From assembly GCA_016875535.1 (NCBI GenBank), contig VGPF01000002.1, positions 9,856 through 73,855 on the forward strand: a DNA stretch of 64,000 nucleotides, given 5' to 3'. The notes under the pieces were generated by a model. It was given only the letters and a program-made list of their open reading frames with translations. It was not told where the DNA came from and ran no database searches. This DNA comes from Chloroflexota bacterium. GTDB taxonomy: Bacteria; Chloroflexota; Dehalococcoidia; SHYB01. Numbering within the stretch: the stretch's first letter is position 1; every line of letters starts with the position of its first letter. This document shows positions 18,213 through 26,997 of this stretch, in pieces. Both the position numbers and the translations under genes were made by a program.

Positions 18213-18215
18213 CCG

Positions 18216-19124
18216 TTACTCCGGCAGCGCCACTCGCCTCTTTCGCACCGTCACCAGCCCATCCCGCTCCAGCCCGCTCACCAAGTCTACGACCCAGTTT
18301 GGGTCCGGGTTGCCCGTTCCCAGCGCCTTCGCCAAATCCTCCATCGTCGCCCCTCTGCCGCTGGAGAGCGCGCGCAGATATTCGACGACTCGGCCTCTGT
18401 AGTAGCGCCGCGAACCCTTGAACGGCTGCGCTTGTTTCCCCCTGACCTGCCTCGCCAGCACCCGCTGGATCGTCGGCGCCGCGCGGCAGATACGGCGCGC
18501 CGGGCAGTCGCCGCACCGGGGCGCGCGGGAAAGGCAGACCGTCGCCCCAAGCTCCATCATCGCCTGGTTCCACTCGTATGCCCGCGATCGCGGAAGCACG
18601 GCCTCCGCGATCGCATCAATCTTCCGGGGCGATGCCGCCCGCCCGCCCAGAACGATGCGTCCCAGTACACGCCGCACATTCGTATCCACCACAGGCGCCG
18701 TCCCGTCAAAGGCAAAGCAGACCACCGCCGCCGCAGTATAGGCGCCTATCCCCTTGAACGCCCTCAGCGATCCGCTATCGCCAGGCAGCCTGCCGCCGTG
18801 CCGCGTCACAACCTCCCGCGCGATGGCTTGCAGGTTCACCGCGCGACGGTTGTACCCAAGCCCCGACCACTCACGGATGACCTCCCTCGTCGCCGCGACG
18901 GCGAGCGCCTGGAAGTTGGGGAAGCGGGCCATCCACGCCAGGTACTTGGGCGCAACGCGGTCGGCCTGCGTCTGCTGCAGCATCACCTCGGAGACCAGGA
19001 TGGCGTACGGGTCGCGCGTTCTTCGCCACGGCAGGTCTCGGTGGCCCTTCGCGTACCACCGGAGCAAGGCGCGCTGGAATGCGCTCTTCCGCTGAGGGGA
19101 TAGGGCTGTCCGCCCGGGCAACAT
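18216..19124 (-). CDS. mutY: A/G-specific adenine glycosylase family protein (MutY/Nth HhH-GPD with [4Fe-4S]), C-terminus not NUDIX-like
   Basis: HhH-GPD core (VMLQQTQ, LPGIGAYTAAAV) and an FeS cluster loop C-x6-C-x2-C-x5-C (CLSRAPRCGDCPARRIC). It lies directly downstream of mutL. The C-terminal ~85 aa looks winged-helix-like. Confidence 0.7.
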   Translation of the reverse strand: MLPGRTALSPQRKSAFQRALLRWYAKGHRDLPWRRTRDPYAILVSEVMLQQTQADRVAPKYLAWMARFPNFQALAVAATREVIREWSGLGYNRRAVNLQAIAREVVTRHGGRLPGDSGSLRAFKGIGAYTAAAVVCFAFDGTAPVVDTNVRRVLGRIVLGGRAASPRKIDAIAEAVLPRSRAYEWNQAMMELGATVCLSRAPRCGDCPARRICRAAPTIQRVLARQVRGKQAQPFKGSRRYYRGRVVEYLRALSSGRGATMEDLAKALGTGNPDPNWVVDLVSGLERDGLVTVRKRRVALPE

Positions 19125-19136
19125 AGAGGTGGGACG

Positions 19137-20909
19137 CTACTTCCTGCAGAAGTCCTTTTCCAACTGCGCCGTCGTCATCCGCAGGAGCACCGGCCGCCCG
19201 TGCGGACAGGAATGCGGATTCTCCGCCGCCTCCAGGAGACGGAGCATCTCCTGCATCTCCGCCTGTGTCATCGTCTTTCCCGCCCGCACCGCGCCGTGGC
19301 AGGCCACGCTGGCGATCAGCCGGTCCTCCCAGTCGTAGCCCTTCAGATCCTCCGACTCCATATAGTCCAGCACATCGCGCAGCGCCCGCGCAGGCGAAAG
19401 GGCGCCGAGCGCCTCAGGCACGCCGCGCACCAACACCGTGCGCTCGCCGAACGGCTCCACCTGGAAGCCGTAGTCGCGGATCCTTGCTCCCTGCTCCTCC
19501 AATAACCGCTCCTGCTGAGGCGTCAACTCCACCGTCACCGGCTGCAGCATGCCCTGCGCCTTCACCGCCCCTGATCGCTTCGCCTTGCGCAGCTGGTCAA
19601 AGAGCACGCGCTCATGGGCCGTGTGCTGGTCTATCAGATACATCCCGTCCGGCCCCTCAGCCACGATGAACGTCTCCCGCATCTGCCCCAGAACTCGCAG
19701 GATCGGCAGCTTCAGCTCACCCTGAACGCTTGGCGCAGCGGGCGCAGGCGGCGCGATAGGCGCGCCTGTTTTCACAGGCGCCGGCGCTCGCCAGACGGGC
19801 TGCACCGCCCCAGGCGAAAGGGGCGTGTGCGCCGCCGGTGCGTTCGTCACAGGCGCGGGCACGGGCGCAGGCGTCATCCCCTGGGCAGGCCGCGCGATGC
19901 CGCTGGCCGCAAGGGCATTTCGCACGGCATGGTGTATCGCGGCAAAGGCGATCCCCTCGTCCCGGAACTTGATCTCCATCTTCGCGGGATGGACATTCAC
20001 ATCCGTCTCCGAGGGGTCAATCGTCAGGTCCAGCGCCGCGATGGGATAGCGCCCCGTCATCAGCAGGCCCTGGTAGGCGTCTAGAACGGCGTAGGAGAGC
20101 GTCCGGCTCTGCACCAAGCGCCGGTTCACGAATATCGTGATGTAGTTCCGGCTCGCGCGCGTCACGCCCGGCGAACTGACCATCCCCCGCACACCCAGCT
20201 CCGACCCGCCCAGCTCCTCGCGGTGCTCCACCGCCAGCATCGCCTCTCCCGCCTCCAGGCCATAGAGCCGCGTCAGCGCGTCGCGGAGGTCGCCGCTGCC
20301 CTGGGAGGCGAAGACGCGCCTGCCGTCAATCGTGAGGCTAAAGCGCACCTCAGGATAGGCGAGCGCATACTGGCTCACCAGGGTGGAGATGCGCCCCGCC
20401 TCCGCCGCGTTCGATTTCAGAAACTTCAAACGCGCAGGCACGTTGCGGAAGAGGTGCTTCACCGTGACCGATGTCCCCTGCGGCGCGCCGCGCCGGCCCC
20501 GCTCCTTCACCTCGCCGTCCGCCACGCGGATGAACGAGCCGCCCACGTCCTCTTTCCGCCGCGTCACCAGCGTCACATCTGCCACCGCCGCGATGCTGGA
20601 GAGCGCCTCGCCCCGGAATCCCAGGCTCGCGATGCGCTCCAGGTCCTCTGATGACTCGATCTTGCTCGTGGCGTACCGCTGGAAGGCGATCTCCAGCTCA
20701 CCGGGTGCGATGCCTGAGCCATCGTCCGCCACCCGCAGGAGCGCGATGCCGCCGCCCTGCGCCTCAACGTCCACCTGCTTGGCGCCAGCGTCCAGCGCAT
20801 TCTCGATCAGCTCCTTCGCCACCGAGACAGGGCGCTCCACCACCTCTCCGGCGGCGATGCGCGCGACTGTCTCCTGGGATAGAAGGCGGATGGGCATGGC
20901 AGGGCACAC
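19137..20909 (-). CDS. mutL: DNA mismatch repair protein MutL
   Basis: N-terminal GHKL ATPase motifs (AKELIENALDAG, DDGSGI) and a long Pro/Ala-rich linker. Confidence 0.9.
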   Translation of the reverse strand: MCPAMPIRLLSQETVARIAAGEVVERPVSVAKELIENALDAGAKQVDVEAQGGGIALLRVADDGSGIAPGELEIAFQRYATSKIESSEDLERIASLGFRGEALSSIAAVADVTLVTRRKEDVGGSFIRVADGEVKERGRRGAPQGTSVTVKHLFRNVPARLKFLKSNAAEAGRISTLVSQYALAYPEVRFSLTIDGRRVFASQGSGDLRDALTRLYGLEAGEAMLAVEHREELGGSELGVRGMVSSPGVTRASRNYITIFVNRRLVQSRTLSYAVLDAYQGLLMTGRYPIAALDLTIDPSETDVNVHPAKMEIKFRDEGIAFAAIHHAVRNALAASGIARPAQGMTPAPVPAPVTNAPAAHTPLSPGAVQPVWRAPAPVKTGAPIAPPAPAAPSVQGELKLPILRVLGQMRETFIVAEGPDGMYLIDQHTAHERVLFDQLRKAKRSGAVKAQGMLQPVTVELTPQQERLLEEQGARIRDYGFQVEPFGERTVLVRGVPEALGALSPARALRDVLDYMESEDLKGYDWEDRLIASVACHGAVRAGKTMTQAEMQEMLRLLEAAENPHSCPHGRPVLLRMTTAQLEKDFCRK

Positions 20910-20959
20910 ATTCTAGCAAACCGACGGTATGCTTCCAGGGGAGGACGGGACGGCTCTCG

Positions 20960-20989
20960 TTGACAATACCGATGAGTGACCCCTAGTAT
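20960..20989 (+). promoter_or_regulatory. sigma-70-like promoter (TTGACA-18-TAGTAT) for the S1C protease gene
   Basis: TTGACA at 20960-20965, an 18-nt spacer, and TAGTAT at 20984-20989. Confidence 0.5.
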
Positions 20990-21105
20990 TGCCCCTCAAA
21001 TCCGATTCTAAGAAACGGGTCGTACTATCTACTGACCTCATCGCCGAACAGCGCTCAGGCCTCGTTTGCCGCACGAGCGTCCATACCGAGAGGCGTGCAC
21101 TGCCT

Positions 21106-21996
21106 ATGATGCATAAGCGGATCGGCCCCACGCCACCCGCTCAGCCGCCCGCCAATCCGGGTCAGCCACCCCCGCCCCGCGTGGGCCTCCGACGGCGCCT
21201 CGCCGCCGCCTTCCGACGCTTCCGCGCAATCGCCCTTGTCGCCCTCGGCATCCTCATCGCCTTCGTTGGCTTCCTTCTATATAAGGCGACCGAAGACCCG
21301 CCGCGGCAAGTCACTCGGGGGGATATCGAGGCCGTTATCCAGGAGCACCTAGAATCGGCTACGCCCGCACCCTCGAACGAATCCCTTATCTTCGCCATGC
21401 TTGCCGCCTCCGTCGTCACCATCACGACCGATGACCCTCAGCCCGGCGCTCCAGCGGGCGCCAGGGGCATCGGCTCGGGCGTCATCGTGGATGAGGCCGG
21501 CATCATCCTCACGAGCTACCATGTCGTGCAGAACGCCGGGACGATTACGATCCACTACGCCGATGGCACTCGCTCTCCCGCCGTCGTCGTCAACGCCCAA
21601 CTGGAGAGCGATCTCGCCATCCTCCGGGCCGCCGAGATTCCCGATGATGTTCGCGCCGCCACCCTCGCCCCCGTCGCCGGCCTGCGCGTCGGCGATCACG
21701 TCGTCGCCATCGGCGCGCCCTTCGGTCTCTCCCGCTCCCTCTCCTCCGGCGTCGTCTCCGGCCTCGGCAGGACCTTCCGCGAGCCCAATTCCGGGCGCAA
21801 CCTCACCAACATGATCCAATTCGATGCGGCAGTGAATCCCGGCAACTCCGGCGGCCCCCTCGTCAACCGCAACGGCGATGTCGTCGGCATCGTCACCGGA
21901 CTCACGAACCCAAAGAACGAAGGCGCATTCGTCGGCGTCGGCTACGCCGTTCCCATAGAAGCCGCAGGCGGCGCGGGCGGCCCGCCCTGGTATTAG
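21106..21996 (+). CDS. trypsin-like serine protease (S1C/HtrA-like, membrane-anchored, no PDZ)
   Basis: GSGVIVDEAGIILTSYHVV (His), DLAIL (Asp) and GNSGGPLVN (Ser). An N-terminal TM anchor follows a Pro-rich cytoplasmic tail. The start is set at the MMHKR Met because the ORF 5' end overlaps the promoter. Confidence 0.8.
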   Translation: MMHKRIGPTPPAQPPANPGQPPPPRVGLRRRLAAAFRRFRAIALVALGILIAFVGFLLYKATEDPPRQVTRGDIEAVIQEHLESATPAPSNESLIFAMLAASVVTITTDDPQPGAPAGARGIGSGVIVDEAGIILTSYHVVQNAGTITIHYADGTRSPAVVVNAQLESDLAILRAAEIPDDVRAATLAPVAGLRVGDHVVAIGAPFGLSRSLSSGVVSGLGRTFREPNSGRNLTNMIQFDAAVNPGNSGGPLVNRNGDVVGIVTGLTNPKNEGAFVGVGYAVPIEAAGGAGGPPWY

Positions 21997-22074
21997 AGTA
22001 GGGGCACGCCTCAGGCGCGCCCGGAAAACCGTAGGCGCTGGCCTCAGGCCAGCCCGAAAATCAGAGGAGGCGTC

Positions 22075-23091
22075 ATGACGAACCAGAAAATCGTGAACCC
22101 CAAGGAAGCTCCCGTCATGGAGCAAGTCCTGTACGAAGTGAAGAAGGTCATCGTCGGCCAGGACCACCTCCTCGAGCGCGTCCTCGTCGCCCTCCTCTCC
22201 CAGGGCCACCTCCTGGTGGAGGGCGCGCCGGGCCTCGCCAAGACCCTCACCATCAAGACCTTTGCCGAAGCGATCCAAGGCACCTTCAAGCGCATCCAGT
22301 TCACGCCAGATCTCGTCCCCGCCGACCTCGTCGGCACGCGCATCTTCAATCAGAAGACAGGCGAATTCAGCACCTCCCTCGGCCCCGTCTTCGCCAACCT
22401 CCTCCTGGCCGATGAGATCAACCGCGCCCCGGCCAAGGTGCAGAGCGCCCTCCTGGAAGTGATGCAGGAGCGCCAGGTCACCATCGGCGGCGAGACCCAC
22501 AAGGTGCCGCAGCCCTTCCTCGTGATGGCCACCCAAAACCCCATCGAGACCGAAGGCACGTACCCGCTCCCTGAGGCCCAGGTTGACCGCTTCATGATGA
22601 AGGTCCTCGTCAGCTACCCGAGCGAGACCGAGGAGTACGTCATCGTCGAGCGGGTCACCGGCGCGATGGCCGCCGTCCAGCCCGTCGTCACCACGGCGCG
22701 CCTCCTCCAGCTCCAGCGCGAAAGCCAGGCCGTCTACGTTGATCCCGCCCTCATCCAGTACGCCGTCCGCCTCGCCTCGGCCACCCGCGAACCCGGCAAG
22801 TTCGGCGATGCCGGGCTCTCCCGCTACATCATGTACGGCGCCAGCCCCCGCGCCTCCATCAATCTTGTCGTCGGCGCCCGCGCCATGGCCTTCATCCGCG
22901 GCCGCTCCTACGCCGTCCTCCAGGACCTCACCGATCTCGCCCTAGACGTGATGCGCCACCGCCTCGTCCTCGCTTATGAGGCCGTCTCGGAAGGCCTCTC
23001 GGCCGATGCCGTCCTCCAGCGCATCCTCCGCCTCGTGCCCCAGCCCACACAACCCCTTCGCACCGCCGAGGAGTCCCATGCGCAACGCTGA
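22075..23091 (+). CDS. MoxR-family AAA+ ATPase
   Basis: GQDHLLERVLVALLSQGHLLVEGAPGLAKT is the canonical MoxR Walker A region. Confidence 0.9.
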   Translation: MTNQKIVNPKEAPVMEQVLYEVKKVIVGQDHLLERVLVALLSQGHLLVEGAPGLAKTLTIKTFAEAIQGTFKRIQFTPDLVPADLVGTRIFNQKTGEFSTSLGPVFANLLLADEINRAPAKVQSALLEVMQERQVTIGGETHKVPQPFLVMATQNPIETEGTYPLPEAQVDRFMMKVLVSYPSETEEYVIVERVTGAMAAVQPVVTTARLLQLQRESQAVYVDPALIQYAVRLASATREPGKFGDAGLSRYIMYGASPRASINLVVGARAMAFIRGRSYAVLQDLTDLALDVMRHRLVLAYEAVSEGLSADAVLQRILRLVPQPTQPLRTAEESHAQR

Positions 23092-24001
23092 GAAACTCCT
23101 CCAGCGGCTCGATTGGACCGTCATCCGCCGCTTGGACGGCCTCCTCCAGGGCGATTACCGCACGCTCTTTCACGGCTTCGGCCTCGATCTGGCCGAGATC
23201 CGAGAATATGAGCTGACGGACGACGTTCGCTATATAGATTGGAACGTCACCGCCCGCATGAACGCCCCTTACGTCCGCCAATATATGGAAGACCGCGAAG
23301 TGACCGCCTGGTTCCTTCTCGATTTCAGCCCCTCCGTGGACTTCGGCGCGGCGGAGCGCACCAAGCGCGACGTCCTCATCGAGTTCGTCGCCGTGCTTTC
23401 GCGGCTCCTCACACGCCACGGCAACCGCGTCGGCGCTATCTTCTATAGCGGCGAGATTGACGGCGTCGTCCCCGCCGGGAACAGCCGCCATCAGGTGCTG
23501 AGCATGACGAAGGCGATGCTCGATCAGCCGAAGCGCGCCACTTCGCCGCCGACGGACCTTTCCAAGCTCCTTACCGAAGGTCTCCGCCTCATCAAGCGCC
23601 GCTCCCTCATCTTCATCCTCTCCGATTTCCTCAGCGCCCCCGGCTGGGAGCGCTCCCTCGCCATCCTCGCCCGCCGCCACGAGCTCCTCGCCGTCCGCCT
23701 TCACGACCCAGGCGAGATGGAGCTGCCCGATGTGGGGCTCGTGCGCATCCAAGATGCCGAGACCGGGGAACAGCTTTTGGTGGACACCCACGACCGCGCC
23801 TTCCGGAGACGCTTCGTGGAGTCTGCCCTGCGACGTGAAACTCAGCTGAAGGCCGCCCTCAGCCGCTCGGGCGTAGACGCCGTTGAGCTATCCACCAGGG
23901 ACGATCTCGCCCGGGAAATCGTGCGCCAAGCCCGCTTGCGCAAACAGCGGAAGGCCCTTCCCGCCGCCTTCGCCAAGCCCGCTGCCGGGGGTCAGCCGTG
24001 A
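23078..24001 (+). CDS. DUF58 domain protein (MoxR-associated)
   Basis: GDYRTLFHGFGLDLAEIREY..DDVRYIDWNVTARM is the DUF58 signature. The gene overlaps the MoxR stop. Confidence 0.8.
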   Translation: MRNAEKLLQRLDWTVIRRLDGLLQGDYRTLFHGFGLDLAEIREYELTDDVRYIDWNVTARMNAPYVRQYMEDREVTAWFLLDFSPSVDFGAAERTKRDVLIEFVAVLSRLLTRHGNRVGAIFYSGEIDGVVPAGNSRHQVLSMTKAMLDQPKRATSPPTDLSKLLTEGLRLIKRRSLIFILSDFLSAPGWERSLAILARRHELLAVRLHDPGEMELPDVGLVRIQDAETGEQLLVDTHDRAFRRRFVESALRRETQLKAALSRSGVDAVELSTRDDLAREIVRQARLRKQRKALPAAFAKPAAGGQP

Positions 24002-25017
24002 GCTTCATCTGGGCTAACCTGCTCTGGCTCCTCTTCCTTGTCCCGGCGCTCGTCGGCCTATACGTCTGGCTCCAGCGCCGCCGCAGGAAGTTCGCCGTGC
24101 GCTACGCCAGCCTCTCACTCGTGAAGGATGCGCTGGGCCGTGGCCCCGGCATCAGGCGCCACATCCCGCCTACCCTCTTCCTGCTCGGCATCGCCGTCAT
24201 GATTGTCGCCATCGCGCGCCCTCAGGGGGAGCTCAAGCTCCCATCGCGCGAAGGCACCATCATCCTTGCGATAGATGTCTCCGGCAGCATGCGCGCCGAG
24301 GACGTTCAGCCCAGCCGCCTCGATGCGGCGAAAACGGCTGCTCTCAGCCTGGTGGACACCCAGCCCAAGAACGTCCGCATCGGCGTCGTCTCCTTCAGCG
24401 ATGGCGCCTTCATCGTCCAGCCGCCTACCGTGGACAAGATCGCCGTTACAAGCGCCATCGCCCAACTCCTGCCCCAACGCGGCACCGCCATCGGCAGCGG
24501 CCTCCTCATGTCCATCAACGCCGCCTTCAACATCCCGCCGCCTCAGCCCCAGTTCGGCTTCCGCGACCCTCGCGCGCTTCCCACGCCGACCCCCACGGCT
24601 CTGCCGCCCGTCCCTCCCGGCTCCACGGAATCGGTCATCGTTGTCCTCCTCACCGATGGCCAGAACACCGTCGGCCCCCGTCCGATAGATGTCGCCCCGC
24701 AGGCCGCCAATCGGGGACTGCGCGTCTACACCATCGGCCTCGGCACCCCAGGCGGGGCCATCCTCAATGTGGGAGGCCGCTCCGCCCGCGTTCAGCTGGA
24801 CGAAGAGACGCTGAAACAGGTCGCCGCGGCAACCGGCGGGCAATACTTCAACGCCACTAGCGCCACCGACCTGCAGGAGATCTACAAGAACCTGAGCACC
24901 CGGCTCGTCTTCAAGAGCGCGCAGACGGAGATCACCTTCATCTTCACCGCAGCCGCCGTCGCACTCATGGTCATCGCTGCGGCCCTCTCCCTCTTCTGGT
25001 TCAGCCGCGTCTTGTAG
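23998..25017 (+). CDS. VWA domain membrane protein (BatA-like)
   Basis: N-terminal TM helices, then a VWA MIDAS motif (ILAIDVSGSM) and a C-terminal TM helix. The GTGA overlaps the upstream gene. Confidence 0.85.
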   Translation: MSFIWANLLWLLFLVPALVGLYVWLQRRRRKFAVRYASLSLVKDALGRGPGIRRHIPPTLFLLGIAVMIVAIARPQGELKLPSREGTIILAIDVSGSMRAEDVQPSRLDAAKTAALSLVDTQPKNVRIGVVSFSDGAFIVQPPTVDKIAVTSAIAQLLPQRGTAIGSGLLMSINAAFNIPPPQPQFGFRDPRALPTPTPTALPPVPPGSTESVIVVLLTDGQNTVGPRPIDVAPQAANRGLRVYTIGLGTPGGAILNVGGRSARVQLDEETLKQVAAATGGQYFNATSATDLQEIYKNLSTRLVFKSAQTEITFIFTAAAVALMVIAAALSLFWFSRVL

Positions 25018-25301
25018 AAGGCGCCAGGGCCGTGCAAGGAACGCGTCGCCTACGATGCCTCCACTAAAGTGCCTACCGGGAAGCGCCTGTATCTGTCGCT
25101 GACCGGGAATCATTCCAAGAGAAAATCCCACGGTCAGGCGATCCCCCAACGGTGCGCAGTGTTGCCGTCCCTATTGCAATTCGTCATACTCACCTCCCGC
25201 CATCCTGCGATCGTAGGAGCGTAGATTGCCCGCTCTGCGAACGGCCGGCCCATCGTGCCGGAATCATTCGCCACCGATAGGGCCTCCGGGAGATCACCCA
25301 T

Positions 25302-26477
25302 ATGCCTTCACAATCATCACGCCCCCTTCGCGATACGACAGCCGTCGTCGGCATCGGCGCAACCGAGTTCTCCAAAGCTGCAGGCAGGAGCGAGCTTCGA
25401 TTAGCCGCCGAAGCGATACATGCCGCCATTGCGGACGCGGGACTGGGCGCCAACGAGCTTGACGGCCTCGTCTGCTTCGACTCTGATGTTGCCTCCCCTA
25501 TCCCACTCGTCAACGCCCTGGCCCTTCCGAACATCAGGTACTGGGCGACCACAAGCTATGGCGGAGGAGGCGCCTGCGCAACTGCGCTCCTCGGCATGAT
25601 GGCCGTAGCCACCGGCCAAGCGAACTACGTGGCATGCTACCGCTCCCTGCGAACGGCGTCAGGGCGGCGGTTCGGCTCCTGGTCGGGCAAGGAAGGCTCA
25701 GCCGGTTTGGAGCAGTTCTTTGCCCCGTTCGGCATCGTGACCCCGGTCCACCGGCGCGCCCTTGCGGTGACGCGCTACATGCACGATTTCAATATCAGGC
25801 CGGAACAGTTCGGCGCAGTCGCCGTGGCCTGCAGGAAGCATGCCAATCGCAATCCCAAGGCCGTGATGCACAACCGCACCTTGACCATGGAAGAGCACCT
25901 CGGCTCCCGCATGATCTGCGAACCCCTCCGCCTCTTCGATTGCTGCCTCGAGACGGACGGTGCAGTAGCCTTCATCGTCACCACCGCTGAACGGGCTAAG
26001 GACCTGAAACAGCGGCCTGCCTATATCCTCGCCGCCGCCCAGGGCGCAGGCAGACAGCCAGTGTGGCCGCCGCCCACCGCGATCCATCGCACGCCCATGA
26101 CCACGACCCATGAAGCGGCGGCAAGCGCGAAGAATCTCTACGCCATCGCCGGCGTTGAGCCCAAGGATATAGACTGCGCGCAGCTTTATGATCACTTCAC
26201 GCCGCTCGTCCTCATGGCCCTGGAGGCCTACGGCTTCTGCGGCGTGGGAGAGGGAGGCGCCTTCGCAGAGGGCGGCCGCATCGAGCTCGGTGGACAGCTG
26301 CCGATCAACACCGCCGGCGGCAACCTCTCGGAGGGCTATATCCACGGCGTGCAGCTGATCCCGGAGGCGGTTCGCCAGATACGCGGGACCTCAACGGCCC
26401 AGGTGAAAGACGCCGAGCTGACGCTCGTATGCGGCGCGGCGGACGACCCCAGCAGCACCCTCATCCTCAGAAGGTGA
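25302..26477 (+). CDS. thiolase-like protein (SCP-x/lipid-transfer-protein-type)
   Basis: Thiolase fold with an active Cys region (YGGGGACATAL) and a C-terminal GGNLSEGYIHG. It is paired with a DUF35 partner. Confidence 0.75.
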   Translation: MPSQSSRPLRDTTAVVGIGATEFSKAAGRSELRLAAEAIHAAIADAGLGANELDGLVCFDSDVASPIPLVNALALPNIRYWATTSYGGGGACATALLGMMAVATGQANYVACYRSLRTASGRRFGSWSGKEGSAGLEQFFAPFGIVTPVHRRALAVTRYMHDFNIRPEQFGAVAVACRKHANRNPKAVMHNRTLTMEEHLGSRMICEPLRLFDCCLETDGAVAFIVTTAERAKDLKQRPAYILAAAQGAGRQPVWPPPTAIHRTPMTTTHEAAASAKNLYAIAGVEPKDIDCAQLYDHFTPLVLMALEAYGFCGVGEGGAFAEGGRIELGGQLPINTAGGNLSEGYIHGVQLIPEAVRQIRGTSTAQVKDAELTLVCGAADDPSSTLILRR

Positions 26478-26482
26478 ACGCC

Positions 26483-26929
26483 ATGGACAAACAGCTGACA
26501 CAAGCCGACCTGGGCCTGAAAACCGATTTCCCGTCCTCCATACCCCTGCCTGACGACGACACCGCACCGTTCTGGGAAGGCTGCAAGCGGCATGAGTTTC
26601 TGATCCAGCAGTGCGGCAAGTGCCACGTCTTTCGCTATCCGGTCCGGCCCATGTGCCCGGACTGCGGCTCCGGCGAGTTCACGTGGGTGAAGTCCAAGGG
26701 GACGGGAAAGATCTATAGCTACGCCATTCCCAACCACCCGAGCGGCAATAAGGCCTTGCAAACGCTGGTGCCCTACAACTTCGTGCTCGTGGAGATGTCT
26801 GAGGGCGTCCGGGTCGTCAGCAACCTATTAGACGTGCCGACGAAGGAGATAAAGATCGGCATGCCGGTCCATGTCGTCTTCACGGAAGTCAAGCCCGGCG
26901 TCGTGCTCCCGCATTTCCGACGGGCCTAA
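26483..26929 (+). CDS. DUF35 OB-fold/zinc-ribbon protein (thiolase partner)
   Basis: FWEGCKRHEFLIQQCGKCHVFRYPVRPMCPDCGS shows Zn-ribbon C-x2-C...C-x2-C motifs, followed by an OB-fold. Confidence 0.75.
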   Translation: MDKQLTQADLGLKTDFPSSIPLPDDDTAPFWEGCKRHEFLIQQCGKCHVFRYPVRPMCPDCGSGEFTWVKSKGTGKIYSYAIPNHPSGNKALQTLVPYNFVLVEMSEGVRVVSNLLDVPTKEIKIGMPVHVVFTEVKPGVVLPHFRRA

Positions 26930-26997
26930 GCTTCGCTGTCGAAGAACGGTGCCACGAGCAGGCCAACTACGCCGATGGCCCTGTCGTCTTCAACCCC

